DNA of 64,000 nucleotides. It comes from Chara braunii. Taxonomy: Eukaryota > Plantae > Charophyceae. Under the pieces are notes generated by a model that ran no database searches, was not told where the DNA came from, and was given only the letters and a program-made list of their open reading frames with translations. The stretch is from contig BFEA01000013.1 of NCBI GenBank assembly GCA_003427395.1, positions 1,867,827 to 1,931,826 of the forward strand. Reading direction: 5' to 3'. Every line of letters begins with the position of its first letter. Position 1 is the first letter of the stretch. The position numbers and the translations under genes were made by a program. Below, one piece after another: positions 22,602-37,277 of this stretch.

Positions 22602-25600
22602 CCGCCTTATTATCATCTGACCTTGTTCTAATGCAGGACAGTGAATAGGAGCAGTAAGACCCTCGAGGTCTGCCCTATTAGAAGTAGACGATGGGAAGAT
22701 CCCGAGCGGTCTACCATATAACTACTAACCTTCTCAATAAAATTGGATCAATCAATTACTAACAGACTGTTTCTGATTCTATTGAGGAGAGGATAGTGAG
22801 ATTTTGACCCTGAGAGACTTATCACTCTATCTTGAAACTTCTCATTTGTTTTCTATCATGTGATTTTTCTCCAAGATGAATTAATGACATTGCTTGTGCT
22901 CGCTAGGGAAAGAAACAAGAAAAAGGGTTATAATAAATAATCTTAAAAGGAAACTTATGAAGGATCACTAGGTCGGAAGAGATAGGAATTAACTTTGTTC
23001 ATTACCCAAACCCATAAGCCAACATCCTGGCATTTAGGTAAGGATTGAGGATAGACAGTGGGTCACAGGTGAGCATCGATCTTTACGTCACAAATCTAGA
23101 AGGAATCTTTTAAACCTTAGCATAGGAAAGAGGATGTTAAGTTTCTTTCGGACTGTGCTGTGTCTACAGGTTTCATCACACTTGGAGAAGATTACGGAAG
23201 AAAACCGTAAGGAACTGCAATTCTGTTATCATTGGATAAAGGTCGGTATAATTCCGACTCAACCTCCACATGGCTTGATACCCACACCTAAGACAAAACC
23301 TAAAAAGGGAAACGGATAGATCTTCCCTTGTACCTTAGCCTAAATTGTCCAAATCATCTCTCGAAGGTCTTTGAAAAGATGAAGGGCTGGGTAATAGGAG
23401 TCAGGAGTAGGAAGGAGTGTTGTTTTCAAGGTTTTGGGGAGTGAGGGACTTGCTGTGAATGGGTTAAAGGTTGACGCTTGTAGCGCATTCTGTGTTTTGT
23501 ATTTGTATGCATGTATGTGTTTTCTTGCATCTGCACAAGTGTTGGGCAGTGAACTGTCTTTTCTGGACTTAAGGTCACCTGGGATATTCGGACACAGGGC
23601 ACCGCAATTTTGAAAGTGAGGTCCACCGCTCATTTGCTCCCCTGATAAACATATGTACTTATATATGTCTATCAACAAGTTCATACTCTGGTCTGAGCTT
23701 AGGAAGGTTATTGTTTGGGATTCTGTTGAGATCTTGAGAGGGTGAGAGATTACAAAAGAATTTAAAATTTGACATTTTCTCGTTTGGTCAATGAAGGAAC
23801 ATAGATTCGCTATCATATTTAGCTAAGCGTGGAAGACTGTTCGGAAAAGTCGACCTGATAAGAATAGTCGGTCCGAGGGAGTTAGTACCTCGAGGCACAA
23901 TATACGGGTCAGTCTTAAGGTGTTTTACCGCGTGTATGCCTATGCTACGACGATCGAGAAAAACGTCATCGGCTGGCTTACCTCTGCGATTGCATGTAAA
24001 AGTCTTTGCACGTGGGCCGGTAGCTCAGCAAGGATACGCCTGCCTAAGAGATGGTGACAGCTTCCGCAGGTGGAGGTAAGTTGTACCTCGCGGGATCTCT
24101 AACCTGTCGTAGGGATTCGCGAGAGGTACAGCACGCGCGCACGGTCGGAGTGGTGTTTTCCATAGGTGACAAAAGACTCATGTGTGATACGAGTGTGAGG
24201 TCCGACACAAGAATTACTTTGCGTCTGGGTGTGGGACCGCCACGTGCGACAGCGGTATGTGTGACGGGAGCCTGCAATAGTTAATTTTAGCTTATGCGTG
24301 TGAGTCATGAACAAGGAGGACACTAATCTTCTTTGTATCATTCCAATTATAACAAATGTCCCAAATGACTTTGTAGTAGTTATTCAATAGGTTGTAATAT
24401 AGTAGTTATTTGCATAGCAAGATTGACTATAGCGTCCGTAGCTACATGAGTTAGCATAGCAAAGACTATAATCTCAACAACAACTATCGTAACAGTTGTT
24501 TGTTGCAACAACTTCATTGATCTGCACAAGTTTATAATAACAATCAGTTATAGTACTCTGCAGACAATAGGCAATAGCAACAATAGTCTGCTGCAATAAA
24601 TTTTAGGTTTACCTTACGATAGTTATTATTAGTGTTTCATAAAGATCACACAATTTTAAGTAATTGTGTGTAACACTGGTCACTATAATCTATAGCAATA
24701 ACTTATGCCAACTATTACCGTAGAGGTTATCAAAGATAAGCTTCTTCAATAATTGATTCGCAAGTTAACGACCTCGAAAAACGTGTTGTAGAATCAAGTG
24801 ACTTGTTAATGTGTGTATGCTTATTACTGAGTTTTCTATTGGTTGCTAACTACAGGAACGCTTGAAAAAGTTGAAATCTATGAAAAAGCAAGATTATGTA
24901 AACTTGCACCATTATACTTTCCTTACCTGATCAAGAGGTCGAATCCCGATTTAATATTTGATGTACTTTCACTGCTAACAGGTAACTCTTAGCAGGAATG
25001 AATTTCAAAAATAAATAAAATCGATTGAAATTAGTGACACAATAAAGCATATTATTATGAAAACTCGATGTAAACAAACCTTGAAGATCAAGTTTTCGAA
25101 GATATGATCCTATAAGGTCTCCATGAGAGTATATCAATACCGAAATTTATCAACCTTGCCCCCTCTTTTCTTCTTCTTGTTTATTTTTTACCATCCTTCG
25201 ACATCTTGCTTTATTATATTGTCTTTTGTTTATTTGTCTTCTCTCTTCTTCCTCGTTATTTTCACCCCATTGCTTCCTCTATATTATGTCAGATTACCGT
25301 TGGGTCCATGCAGACCATCAACATTGTATTTAACTACGTTCATGATTGTATTTGTTCAAAAAAAAACAAATAAATAAGAAGAATGAAATTAACAGATATT
25401 ATCATCAATAAACAATTTAACTACACGAAACGGTTAGTGACCCACACAAAATGTTGTCAATAGCGGGGAGGACGGTCATAATGGTGGCAACAAAATCCTG
25501 AGCAACTTCGACTTTGTCACGCTCAAGCATAATTCACTTCCTTAGTTGCAACAGATATCCATGTGTCTCAATCTCTTTATTCACTTCAATACTCAAAATC

Positions 25601-26311
25601 AATAAATGATAACTTACCGGGGGTATGCAAACTATTTTTCCTGCTTGTTGCAGTCACGAAAGTGACAGTATAGTTCAGGAGAAGTAACAACTTATCTATG
25701 TCAGGTAAGTATCTTTAAGTTGCCCTCTACTTTTCCTTGGTATATCTACATATGTACAATTTGGAAAACAAAGAGGAATGTGACTGCGAAAGATTGTTTT
25801 ATCGAATTTTCATCAACTCATCGATGGATTGAGTCCCCTAGGTTATTGTTCTTTTGCTCGCTGCGGTGGGTAAAAATATTTTCGTTATTTGATCTGCACT
25901 TACGTCAATCAACTGCTTTTGTTAATACTATTACGATTATATTATTATTACTATCTCTTATTTCCCATCTTTTGAGATTCTCTATTCCTACCGTACGGCG
26001 AATTGGTGGTTTGGTTGTAAATGGTTACATTTCCCCTTCTGAATATGGTCGTACTTTTTACCTAAGACAGTATGTATTTCCTACCAACAGATTTCAAGTA
26101 TAAAATCTCACATATTACATTTATCAATTGTTGGTTTTTCATACAGGTTTGAGCCACGGGGTCTCAGTATTAAAAATCAAAGGATCTTCCCAAAAACTTG
26201 GACATATTCACAACCTAAAGCCACTAGAAATCTCGTGGCACATAAGGAAAAAAAAAAACAAATGAGAAATGAATAGATACTAGTCATTTGCTTGCTCCTT
26301 GTAACACCAAC

Positions 26312-26856
26312 TGTTGCGACAGGGGGCACCCTAATTCCTGTTTATTGCTAGTAACTCTTACTGTGAGAGCACAAGTTCAAATTATCGAATCATTGAACGA
26401 GGGATCAAGCCTAACCCTCGTGATGCCTTAGGATTAAAAAGAACATAGCCCCACTGGTCATGTAGACTCAATCCTTATATCAACCAAGTTATAAGTCTGC
26501 ATGTAAAACTATTTAGTTTAGCTCCAAGTTCGGCTTGGAAATAAGCACTACACCTATAAGTGGAGCATAAGCCTACAATCTTATTAGTGGTCTAAGCTCA
26601 TGCCTACTTAATAAAAATAACCAGGCTGAATGTGTCGTGCCAGCCTTATCTTAATTTACAACCCTCATTCGATCCTAAGGTGAATCACATCACCTTCGCT
26701 ACATATCGATACATTGGTCGCCCGCTACGAGATTGAACTGACTCTCCCTCCGATTACGTAGGACACACAGGCGAGGTTTTGATTAATTTTGAATGCTATT
26801 CGGCCTTAGACCTGTCGGCATGAGCAAATACACTTGTAAAGGTATTTGATACAACA
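26312..26856 (-). mobile_element. Old solo LTR (Y-type)
   Basis: TGTTG...CAACA termini, hairpin CAAATACACTTGTAAAGGTATTTG at 26825, and 26400-26550 resembles 1640-1810. Flanks are CAAC/CCAC. Confidence 0.65.
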
Positions 26857-27396
26857 CCACAATTATGTTTTGAAATCAAGTCAATAGATCAGTGCTTCGA
26901 AGGAGCCAGTCACATTTCTCATCTGCAAGGTTAGATAGCGTGAGGTGTTCAACGCCCAAAGGTGCGATAACATACTATCGTCATCGTCGATCCCCTACAT
27001 ACAGATACTTCCTTTATAACTAGTATATCGCCTCCCCTTCTTCTTCCTCTTCCTCTTCCACTCCATGAATTATAGTACCTCTTGCTTGGCTGGTGCATTC
27101 ACATAAGCATCTATCTGCCTTGCCTGTACCTAATCGTCGTAAGGACCAAACTTGGAGAAAAGGCAATAAGGACCAGGATAAGGCAAAGGTAAAAACAACA
27201 AGATTCACACAAAGTGAGGAGGGATGAAAGAAATGATGACCATAACACGAGGAAGGTAACGATTACAACGAATAAGAGTTGACAATTACGACGACGGCGC
27301 AGAAAACCGCCAACAAATAAATATCATGAGTCGTTTTTTTCACAAGTACCCTTTCTAGTTCCTTGTTGTCTCACTCCATGTCGCCTCCTGTCTACG

Positions 27397-27735
27397 CTAT
27401 ACTTCTCCTTCGACGAACGTGTTCGCGCGTTCGCACGAACAGCTTGCGAACATGTTCGGGTGAACATAATTTTTTTTCGTAAAATATATATATATATCTA
27501 TATTTCAGTTTTTTATTTTTAAATCATGATTGGCTATGAATTTGAACATGACTCCAAGGCAAACGTTGCTTGTATGGTTATTTTACATGAGGTATATGGT
27601 TTTCAGATTTTTCTGAGAAAGTTTTTTTTTTTTTTAATATTTTTTATGTTCGCGTTCGGAGGGTTTTTGACGCTTGTTCGTGTTCGGGCGAACATGTTCG
27701 CATTCGCCTCCGAACGCGAACACGGTGCTACATAG
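27397..27735. mobile_element. MITE-like relic with clustered CGAAC/GTTCG subterminal motifs
   Basis: CGAACATGTTCG-type palindromes at both ends around an AT-rich core. The right end CGGTGCTACATAG is TIR-like; the left end is degenerate and no TSD is seen. Confidence 0.45.
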
Positions 27736-28429
27736 GTCACAAGTTACTTTCCCATGCTCCGTCCTCATTCCATCTGCTCGTGTCTAGTCGCCTTTAGAAG
27801 TTCACCTCCTACTCGTTTTTACTTTGTACCATACCGTCACGACCTCCTTTTTGCTTCGCATTCTCAACAAGTACAACCTCCTATTCATTTTTCAGGGTTA
27901 GAGTGACGCAGCACACATTTATGTTATACATGACTTGGATCATCGCCAAATATAAATTTTAAATAACTATAATTATATAAAAAAAAACTTATGTAGATGG
28001 TAAAATTAACTTATCACGTATCAAAATAATATCAGATATCCTTAGGCTGAATTTGAAAGCTAAAGCCAAACGAAAATGCCCGCCAAGTAGGTAGCAACAC
28101 TTCATCAAAGCTCGTCCGAAACTGAAAGGCGGAGAACAGTGAGAGGTCACACAAACTATGAAAAAGTAATACACCGAGGTCTTGAAAGAAACTTTTATCT
28201 CGCTGCTTCCTATTATCAATATAGCAATGATATAACTCACCTATTGGCGTGCGGCATGCCGATCCTACCTCGTCTATTTAACTTTTATAGTCATGTTACT
28301 CTTATTCCTCTATGCGGTTATTTTTCTCTCTTAACCGCTCCTTTCCTTACTTCACAATTCTCTTCATACCCAACCAAGTCACCTCCCTCGCGTTCGCCTT
28401 CACCGTGTGCTCTACTTCCTCGACCTTCT

Positions 28430-28441
28430 ATCTCTCTCTCT

Positions 28442-28500
<59 letters not shown>
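28430..28500. repeat. (CT)n microsatellite
   Basis: Direct reading; (GA)n also at 15883-15936 and 40981-41029, (CA)n at 43349-43418. Confidence 0.95.
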
Positions 28501-28503
<3 letters not shown>

Positions 28504-31500
28504 CCTGTGGTTGCTTCCTTCTTAGTTCCTTGGCTCGATCCTTCCACCGACTGCACTTGATCACGTTCGCGGCAGAACGGGTCTGGGAGATGAGGACTAT
28601 GATTTCTCTCTTCTTCCTCGTCTGGTTGTCGTCGTCCAATCACATTATTTTCAATTCCTCATCATCATCTTCTTCTTCCCCTTCCTCCTTCATAGGGTCT
28701 TTTTTCATGTGTCACGTTCCTTTTCTTCTCATGTGTCCGCGTTTGTCTCTCATTTCATGTTCGTGCGTCTGTGCACGTCTGCGAGTCTTTTATCTTAACC
28801 TCCTAGTGCCATATCCCCTTCTCTTACTTTGTGTGCACTTTTATTTCCTTATCCCTTGCTTTGTGTGCGTGCTTTCCCCGTTTGCTAAGCTCTTCCTCTT
28901 TACTCCGTAGCTCAACTCCTCCATCACACATTCACTCATGGCCTACGCTCATGTGTTCATTTTCCTCTTCGTCGCTCGCTTGTCTCCATCTCCACCTCAT
29001 TCCCCCCCCCCCGTTCTCCTTCACACATTCATCTCCTACGTTGCACTAGTCTCATTTCTCCTACTACCCATATTCTGTCATCTACGTGTTACCACATACT
29101 TCATTCATGACACCTCGCCCTTGTTTTTCCTAAGGTCATTCAACCAAGGTCCATAACGTAGGATCGGCATAGCAGGATGGAGGACTCCACCAGTAAACAA
29201 ACCTAGCCAATAAGGCGGCCAAGATCCTTATAGCAAGTTCGAATAGTAACTTCGATTGAAAATCTCACCCTATTAGTTCTATATAGGGCATGTATCCAAA
29301 ACTCGCCCTTCTCTGCTTCTCGAGATCTTAATCGAGAAGGTGAATCAACCCTTAAATTTATTGCAGATTCAATGAAATAGTTTTTGAATCGGCACCAGAT
29401 TCAATAAAATAAAATTATTAATACGACAATGTCATAAAACATGAAGAAGAAGGGGGAAAAAAAATAAAATCTAACACAACTACTCTTGTTAAGTTATTGT
29501 GGTCATATTTCCAAGCAGAATCTTTGAATCTAATCGTGCAATAACTAACTACCTATGCCGAAAACGAAATAACTCGTTGTTTAGATTTGTTGCATAGAAG
29601 AGAAATACCATAACCTACTAGTCTAGCTCCTTTTACGAATAAAAACCTTCATTAGGATTAGTTAGTACTGCCTATTGTCAAACTGACAGGGTGGATTCTT
29701 ATCCGAACCTCGTCACTGCCTAAAAGTGGAATTAATTCACACCATAAAAAATTTACCCAAACTGAACAATCATTTTTATTTATTACCTCAGTTGTATCTA
29801 AATCATATTTTAATTTCATACCTGGACTTTCCACGGACTAAAAGTATTGATCCTTAGACTCATGCGTGTATCGTTGGCTGGTTTTGCTCGACCGATCCCG
29901 CAACCATCGTAGTCGAGGGTTTTTAACCAATTTCTTATTCTTATCACACGTCACGATGAAGACTCGATTGATCGGACGATCAATCCTTTACATTGTCCTG
30001 ACCATACGGTCGGTAGTTATAGTAATTTTAACTAGTACCGTTATGCTCCACACACGTCGACATTCTAATTTTCAATATCACATGTGTGCACGACGGACCC
30101 GAGTTGTTCATTTTGACTAAGCGTTTGACTTTTGCAGTTGGAGGGTTCTTTTCACTAATTTCAACCATCTTAGCATGCGTCACAACATCTCACTCGTATA
30201 CTTACCTATTTTGTTTTACTTATACATATCGTCCGCAATGGTCGAGGCACGATACACGAAATAGGCAGGCAAAAACCTGATTTTTACCTATGGTGAACTT
30301 TGTTACTCGGACCCAACAGAGCTGAAAAACAAAGAAACATAAAACTTAGCCAGAAAAAAGAAAAAATGTTAAAGAAATATTAGAAACCATGAGGTTGCGG
30401 CTTTACGAACCTAAGCATTCGTTGTCTTTCATTTTCGTAGGTCGTGTATCGATCCCGCAGAGGTAGTTCAGTCGAGGGCGTTTCTCGTACGATGTAGCGT
30501 ACGGGGTTCTCGAGGTCGAACGTCTTAATCAGACCCATATGAAAATCAAGGCTCTGGGGGTTTATCTCCCAAGCACGACTATGGGCCGATCGACTAGAAC
30601 GATTCATCTAACCACGCGGTACACTTCACAAAAATAAAATCAGACTCCGGATGTAAATCTTTCCTAGTCCTTTTTTCATATCTGACCCATAACCTTTTGA
30701 CTGTAGAAACCGACGTGTATCGCATGTGAGGTTCCTAATAAATGTCTAGGCATTGTCATATCGAGTAGCTATGCATGAATGCGCAGACAGTCGCAGGGAT
30801 GGAATACTATGTGCTACCTATAACCGTGTGATCCTCAATGATTTCGAGGATCAGTGTTGGTTGACACGCGTTTTGAGAGGTCAGTTTCTTGACGCTAGAC
30901 AATCACGTGTGCACTTGCAAGACATACCCTCTTCTGCACCCTGCGCGAGTGAGCGCTAGGCGGGCTTCGACCCTTTGTGGAAACGGGACGCCTCAGACCC
31001 TGAAAGCAGAGCTCCATCTTTGGAGGCTTAGAAACAGGTCAAAGCGTTTGATTTTGATAGTTGTCATGAACCTTAACGTCCAACTGTATAAAAAAAATAA
31101 AAAGTAGAAATAAAAAGGATTTTCATTTTTCTCTCGATTCAAGTGTGCTCAATTTTTACACACGGTCGACTTAGATCGTGCGGATACACAAAGATATAAA
31201 TATAAAGGGGTTATAGAACACAAGGCCATCACTCTCTCAATCATCAGTGTGACTCCCTTCAAAATATACGCATGATCACAGACAAAGTCAAAATCCGGAC
31301 TTCAACTCATAAAACATATCTACAATCACACCAAAGATTCAACATCGGCAGACCATGCACTACACGGGGTCAACTTTAACCACTGTCTGCGCTCACACCC
31401 CTTGACTTATTCACACAAAACTCAACCTTTATCCAACCTTCCAAAATAAAACATTCAGTCCGTTTTAAATGGTCATTTAATAAAAGTTCAGGTAAGACCC

Positions 31501-31814
31501 CAAAGAAACAATTGAACCCACAGGGACTAAGACCTTAAGTCGAGTGTCGAGAATGAGTTAGAGTTAAGCCGGAAACCCACGAATTGACAACCAACCTTCT
31601 ATCAAAAGATAACAAAGGACGATCCTTGTAGGATTGAGTTGAAATTAGTCAGAACTTGAATCGAAATGACCGAAGACGAATTGTAACATACCAAATATCA
31701 ATTATCAAAACTAAATTTTTAAGTGTACGGAGAATAAACCCTTATATCATATCTCACTCAAACTATCCTATGACTAAATATAAATTTACCTTTCAATGGG
31801 TGTCAGAAGAATAA

Positions 31815-32430
31815 GAAAATTTTCGGTAGCATCTCTCCTTTATGCGGAGAATCGCCAAATTTTTCCTTATCAAAATAGAACCTGACTCCTCAAAACTAAA
31901 AAAATTTCGATAGCACTCTCTTTAGAGAAAATATATTTTCAGAATTTATAATCTACTGAATATGAAATTTGGAAATGATATTTGACTTTACCGAGTTAAA
32001 TTTTATCTAACTCTCTAATTTCGTAAGACATTAAGCAACATCTCCTTTAGAGAAGTAGGCTTCCCATATTTATACCAAGTTTGATATTGACTCGATATAA
32101 AAATGGAATTCTGCCAATACAAAATTTAACCAACTCTTTAGATTTTTAGAAATTTTGGTAACACTTTCCGTAAAGAAAGTACCTTTTCAAAATTTATGCA
32201 AAGTTAAATACAAATTATAAGAGTAATCATGAATTCAAAAAGCAAAATTTTGTCTATCTTCTTGATTTAGCAAAAAAATGGGCAGCACTTCCCGTAGTGA
32301 AGTGAGTTTCCCAGATTCTTACCACGGTAAACATGAAACGCAGACAGAAGTTGAATGTGAAGATTTAACTTAACTCCTTGGATTTACAAACATTTGGGCA
32401 ACACTTCCTTTAGTGAAAAAATCTTTACAA
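31815..32430 (-). repeat. Array IV: ~6 units, mostly ~120-130-bp period
   Basis: AAATTT(C/G)GGCAGCACTTCCYKTAG variants. Confidence 0.75.
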
Positions 32431-33199
32431 AAATTTATACAAAATCAAGCATGACAAATAAACTTAACTCGGAAAAAGCAGAAATTCAAGCGACTCGGAT
32501 AACTCCAGCACATGACGAGCATCTAAAACAACCACCTATCAAAGCTAACACTCAGAACGAGTAGAGTCCACACTCAATCACATGCAAGTTCATACCACAA
32601 TGAATAAGTACTCTAAAAAAAAATCATTGATCCTTCAAATGATGAACTCTTTGCTCATCTAACATATGACATTAAAATTTTTCAGAAATAAATAATCATT
32701 CTGTAGTAAAATTACATTCTAAATTTTAAATTTTTATTTTATCTCTAAAATGTCATTCCATTTTAAAATATTTTCGTCTTATAGTATCCCTTCTTTAAAT
32801 GTCATTCCAAAAATTTAGTATCCCTTCTTATTTGAACTAAATGCTAGAGATGGAATGAAAGTCAAGACAATTTCATGAAATATTTAATTGGACTATCATT
32901 CTACAGAAGAATTTCTCGTTATAAATAAATTAATTCAATATAAATTAGAATATATTTCTTATAGTACAATGAAAGTTTGATTAACACATTTCATAAACTT
33001 TTTCAAACTTTCATTCCATCTTCAACAAATAGATGTAGTTGCAAGGAAAATTTTATTTTTTAACGAAAATTTACCAAATTAAAGTAAAAATTTTACAATT
33101 TGACGAACATTGGGATGATAATTTTTAAATATGAAAGATTTTTTTTTAATGGAATGTTTTTTCAATTTTTGTTTCTTGTGAGAATTTTTCCGTTGATGG

Positions 33200-33930
33200 C
33201 GCTGTACCATTCTGCTTAGAAACAATGACCAAAATGCCTTAGGTTATACACGAATATGTTATATAACTACTTTTCTTAACTTTTGACATGTGAAAAAATA
33301 ATTATGCTTAGAAACAATGCAATAATCGTCTTGAACTGTTTAAATAACTAAAATTTAATAATTTTCTTACTTGTTTTCAAAATATGAGGATTGGACTGAA
33401 ACATCGTGCTTCGAAACAATGTTCCACTTGCGTAACTTACTTCCAATTATACTCATGACTTTACTTTTTTTCTCAGTGATATAGCTTAAGATGAATCATT
33501 CTGCTCAGAAACAATGTCCAGATGCTTGTTTACATGCAAATATACATAAATTACTTCCAATGTTATACCCAGTTTGCACTTCTGTGTGTGGTTTTGGGTT
33601 AAACCATTCTGCTTATAAATCATGTTTAGCTTTTCATAAAAATCCTCCTTCAAAATAAAACAACAGATTGAACCATTCTGCTTAGAAACAATGCTCAACC
33701 TATCTCAAGTCACACAAAAGAATGAAGTTAGACCATCTTACCAAACTTCAGTCTCAAACCCGAAAAGAAACAGATAGACCAAGCCATTCTGCCTCGCAAA
33801 ATCATACAACCAAGCGTTTTAGAAATAAACACATCAATCAGATCATTCTGCTTAGAAACAATGTCTGACCCTTCAGAAAATAAACAAGAAACATATCACT
33901 GAGCCAATCTATTTAGAAGCAATGCCAACC
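33200..33930 (-). repeat. Array III: ~9 copies of CCATTCTGCTTAGAAACAATG with non-repetitive spacers
   Basis: Copies at about 33207, 33300, 33401, 33496, 33604, 33673, 33784, 33843 and 33904. Confidence 0.85.
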
Positions 33931-34636
33931 TTTAATTGACTCGGTCAAACGCTTGCAATACGATCTTCTTATTACCTTCCTCAGTTCATCTTTTTGACTG
34001 ATTTTCAGTCAGAAGAAAACAAAACTGAAAATTCACACATGCATTTTTTTCAGTTAATCTAATTAAGTCTCAAATAGGAGAGACATAACAATAAGCATAT
34101 TATTAGAGGAAAGCATGCATACCTCTTAAGCAAAACTAGAGAGACATAACAATAGGGGCATGATGGTCTCAAACAGGGCAAGAGAAAGTCACACCTGATA
34201 GTTTTCTGCCTCCAAAACCTTGCATAGTTTTCGGCAGAGCTCCCGCAGGGCGAACCTCCCACAGAGGCCTTGACATGGATTACAAGTTTCCAATCTCGCT
34301 GGTCGCCTTTCTCTTGTAACCAATAGACTAGATTGAGAGTAAGAATGATAGAAGAATAATAGTTAAACTTTTGAGGTGCAAGAAGGGGACAAACTCAACT
34401 TGCACGAGAGGGTCTTGTTGCCTTCATGCGACTGAGAGCTCCGCAATGATAGTCTAAGCTCAATGGGATGGCCGAATCGCGGCCCAAACTTAAAACAACT
34501 GCACTCTGGCAAATCTCCAAGTCGCAATGACGACCCCCTTGCACAGGATGACCACTCCCCCAAATTGAATTGTCGTTCCCTCTTGACCAAACTGCCACTA
34601 CTCAGCTTAGAAAATATGTGTTCAAGTAAAACATGT

Positions 34637-35640
34637 TGTCCGTGCGAATACCCTTACAAGGGTATCCGCCCTGATTTTTGCAAGTGATAGAAAAAATAAG
34701 TTTGGTTTAAAGTTTGAGTACACCGCGCGGGTCACGGTTGTGTCTCGATTACGCTGATTGAATAATTGACAAAAGGAAAAGTGTGTGTGGGCGCTCAGAC
34801 TTAAGGCGTGCGTGATCTCTTTTCTTGTTGATGATTGTAAAGTTGGCGTCGTTCTCAACCAAGTTTTTATTTTTGACTAACGTAGAAGTAAATTATATTT
34901 TCTTTTGATTGGTCCGGTTGACCGTGATGTGCGCACGCTCGTTAGGAAATCGGCTTCGACGACGGTGCGTCTTCTCTGTGGTAAGCGAAATGTAGGGGGG
35001 GGGAAAACACGGAACGGGTCTTCGAGCGGTAGGTGCGGGAGCTTAGCGGGCGTAGAGTGTCGACAACAAGGTGCAGCCTTAAGAGGCTCAAGCGTGCGAG
35101 GCGTCAAAGGCCAACGATAACGACCTCTGTTGTTTTTCTCATTTTTACTTTTTATTTTTTATTTTTTGTTTTTAATTGTGGTCCTATTTTTGAACTGGGT
35201 CCAACACCGATTCCAAGGCTGGTTTTGGGACCAACGGACCTAGCTTAGTTGGTATGCTCGTGAACTGTTGAGATACAAATCTGGGTTGGACCCCTACTGG
35301 GGTCAGGCGGTTGTAAGCCCATGGGTGACCATCACGGCAGTTGAGGGTTTTGGGCACGCACCTCTTTTCGCAAACTCGTTCGGATTCCTGCGTGTTCGGG
35401 GTGCTCGCGAAATTCCTCGACTTTGCCCATCTCGAAAGTGTCTTTCATTGCTTCCCGTTTGGAGAGCGTCGACAACCTAAATTGAAAGAGAATTGGAGAA
35501 CATTCTGGGCGAGCCTGTAGAGCTGAGGCCCGAGGGTGGCGGGGGTCGTTGAGGGTGTACAATCCGCCCCAGCCATCTATCGTGAGGGGTTTGAGTGTGA
35601 GTTTTGTCACACTTTTTCCAGTCAAGCCACGTTTAGAAAC
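34637..35640 (+). mobile_element. Copy G: 5' terminal fragment (Y'-type end)
   Basis: Starts TGTCC followed by the hairpin GAATACCCTTACAAGGGTATCC; homologous to the reverse complement of 50720-50988 and to 39000-39260. Confidence 0.75.
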
Positions 35641-36089
35641 CAGAACGCCAAAAGGCTGTCATACAAAATTTTGATCATTGTTTGCAATAAATAAATAAAT
35701 AAATTAATTAATTAAAGCAAATTCGTTCTTGTTGTGTGCGTCCGACTTTGAGCGAGACCCTTCAATTGAAGTCTTCGTCGGTCCCCGGTCTCAGGAATCT
35801 TTTATTTTGATTCGCAACAACAAAGAACATTGCAAATGATAATTAATAAATTTTGGTGTGCCATGCATGTATCGATTATGCCAACTTACTAATTTTCAAT
35901 ACTGTGATAGGATTATTAGAAAGCATAATCATAAAACTGAGATAACACACAAATGAAACAAAACTGACTGACTCAGAACATAGGCAAGATAAATGATGAA
36001 AAAGTGAGAACTCATAAAAATTTCCGAAAGTACAGATGAATAAACACGATCAGCACTCGTCAAGAGTCCACACTCATCCCTTTAGAATA

Positions 36090-36470
36090 TCATCATCAAT
36101 CTCTTATTTGGCTGTGCATCTCTTGTCCCTCGATCCATGTCTATGTACCTCCCGAAATTGTGGCCTCTAGATATAGAACCACTTGAAGACTGCGAGTTCC
36201 AAACACTTTCATCCAAGGCTCATGATATGGAAGTCAACCATAACGCAAAATTCCTCCCACAGAGTACGGAGGTACTGCTGGGAGAAAATTTCTTGCCTGA
36301 GATGCTGAAACTCGGATGGTTCAATCACTACCTCGTCCTCAATCATTGCCGGTGAGATACACCTCTTTGTTAGATCTACTAAGTCACCCCAGCAAGAACC
36401 ATCCGTGAGAGGGAAAAAAACTGAAGGTTTAGGATAATCAGGTGTAAAGCTTGGGTCCAAAGCGCCGAAT
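36090..36470 (-). pseudogene. Possible decayed hAT transposase C-terminal region
   Basis: One minus frame reads SPSSTSVLCGRNFA, loosely like the hATC P.S...CER.FS motif; heavily disrupted. Confidence 0.2.
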
Positions 36471-37277
36471 CAGCTTTGCCCCACACTCGTCAAGCTCTCG
36501 TTCTCTTCCCTCATGGCACTTTGTTGCTAGGACCCAAACTGAGTCAAAAAAATCATGAGTTTCTCTGCCTTTCTTCAAATGGATTATCAGGTCATGAATA
36601 ACCCCTTTTGCAAACTCAGTGTGAACTACAAAGACATATAGATATCCCTAACTGAAACCAATGACACTGGTATATTTGTACTGAAAAACATCTTTGAGTG
36701 CGATCTTGTTGAGGCCAGTTAAGACTTACTCACTGACTGGAAATGGTTGAACTATACTTATGTCTTTTGGCGAGCGCACTGTCTGACAAATATTGATCTA
36801 TGAGATGGTTTGAAAGGACTGAACAACGATTGATATCGTCATATAATTTACTGGTGGCCTTTCTGGAATGCTGTTGATTAACGAACCACGAAACACTGAC
36901 TGTGTGATGTCCAGATACAGACTTGAAAAACAACCAAATAGTATCTAGGATTTTGTAAGTTATGATGCCCTGGTATCCTGGATAACTATTAAATGTTGAC
37001 TGACCGGTTGCTGATCACTAAGGGACCAAAATGAGAGATATGAATTACTTGAATGATACATGAATTACTTGAATGATACATGTTGAATAACTAACTAAAA
37101 TGTCAATGGAAAACAAGATACAGATACTTATGTGCTTTCATGTGCGCCCGAGTCTTGCTCTGGCCTGCTCCACCGTCTCCAACGACGAGCCAGTGCTATG
37201 CAACTTGTCATTGTGACCATAAAATAGAACACGTATTCTATATACTTCTTTTCTTTTATTATCCGAACTGCACCTTC

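Larger units (their letters stand above)
2902..24251 (+). mobile_element. Copy C: large non-coding element (partial LTR to 3300, PBS-like site at 3303, internal repeat units, hairpin exon, array I, X-type 3' end), interrupted by insertions at 6281-7246 and 11670-22601
   Basis: Broadly colinear with 53670-64000 over its first ~7 kb. Positions 23930-24251 are a diverged copy of the 22300-22601 terminus, ending GTGTGGGACCGCCACGTGCGACA. Confidence 0.65.
30400..34636 (-). mobile_element. Copy E: older, AT-drifted 3' part of the element clan
   Basis: Colinear with 43790-47400: X-type piece at 30460-30605, array IV, array III and the hairpin exon at 34193-34248. Confidence 0.75.

Noticed and set aside
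24260-30300. Host protein-coding exons in the AT-rich interval
   Set aside because: Only short ORFs without recognisable motifs; cannot be supported from sequence alone.
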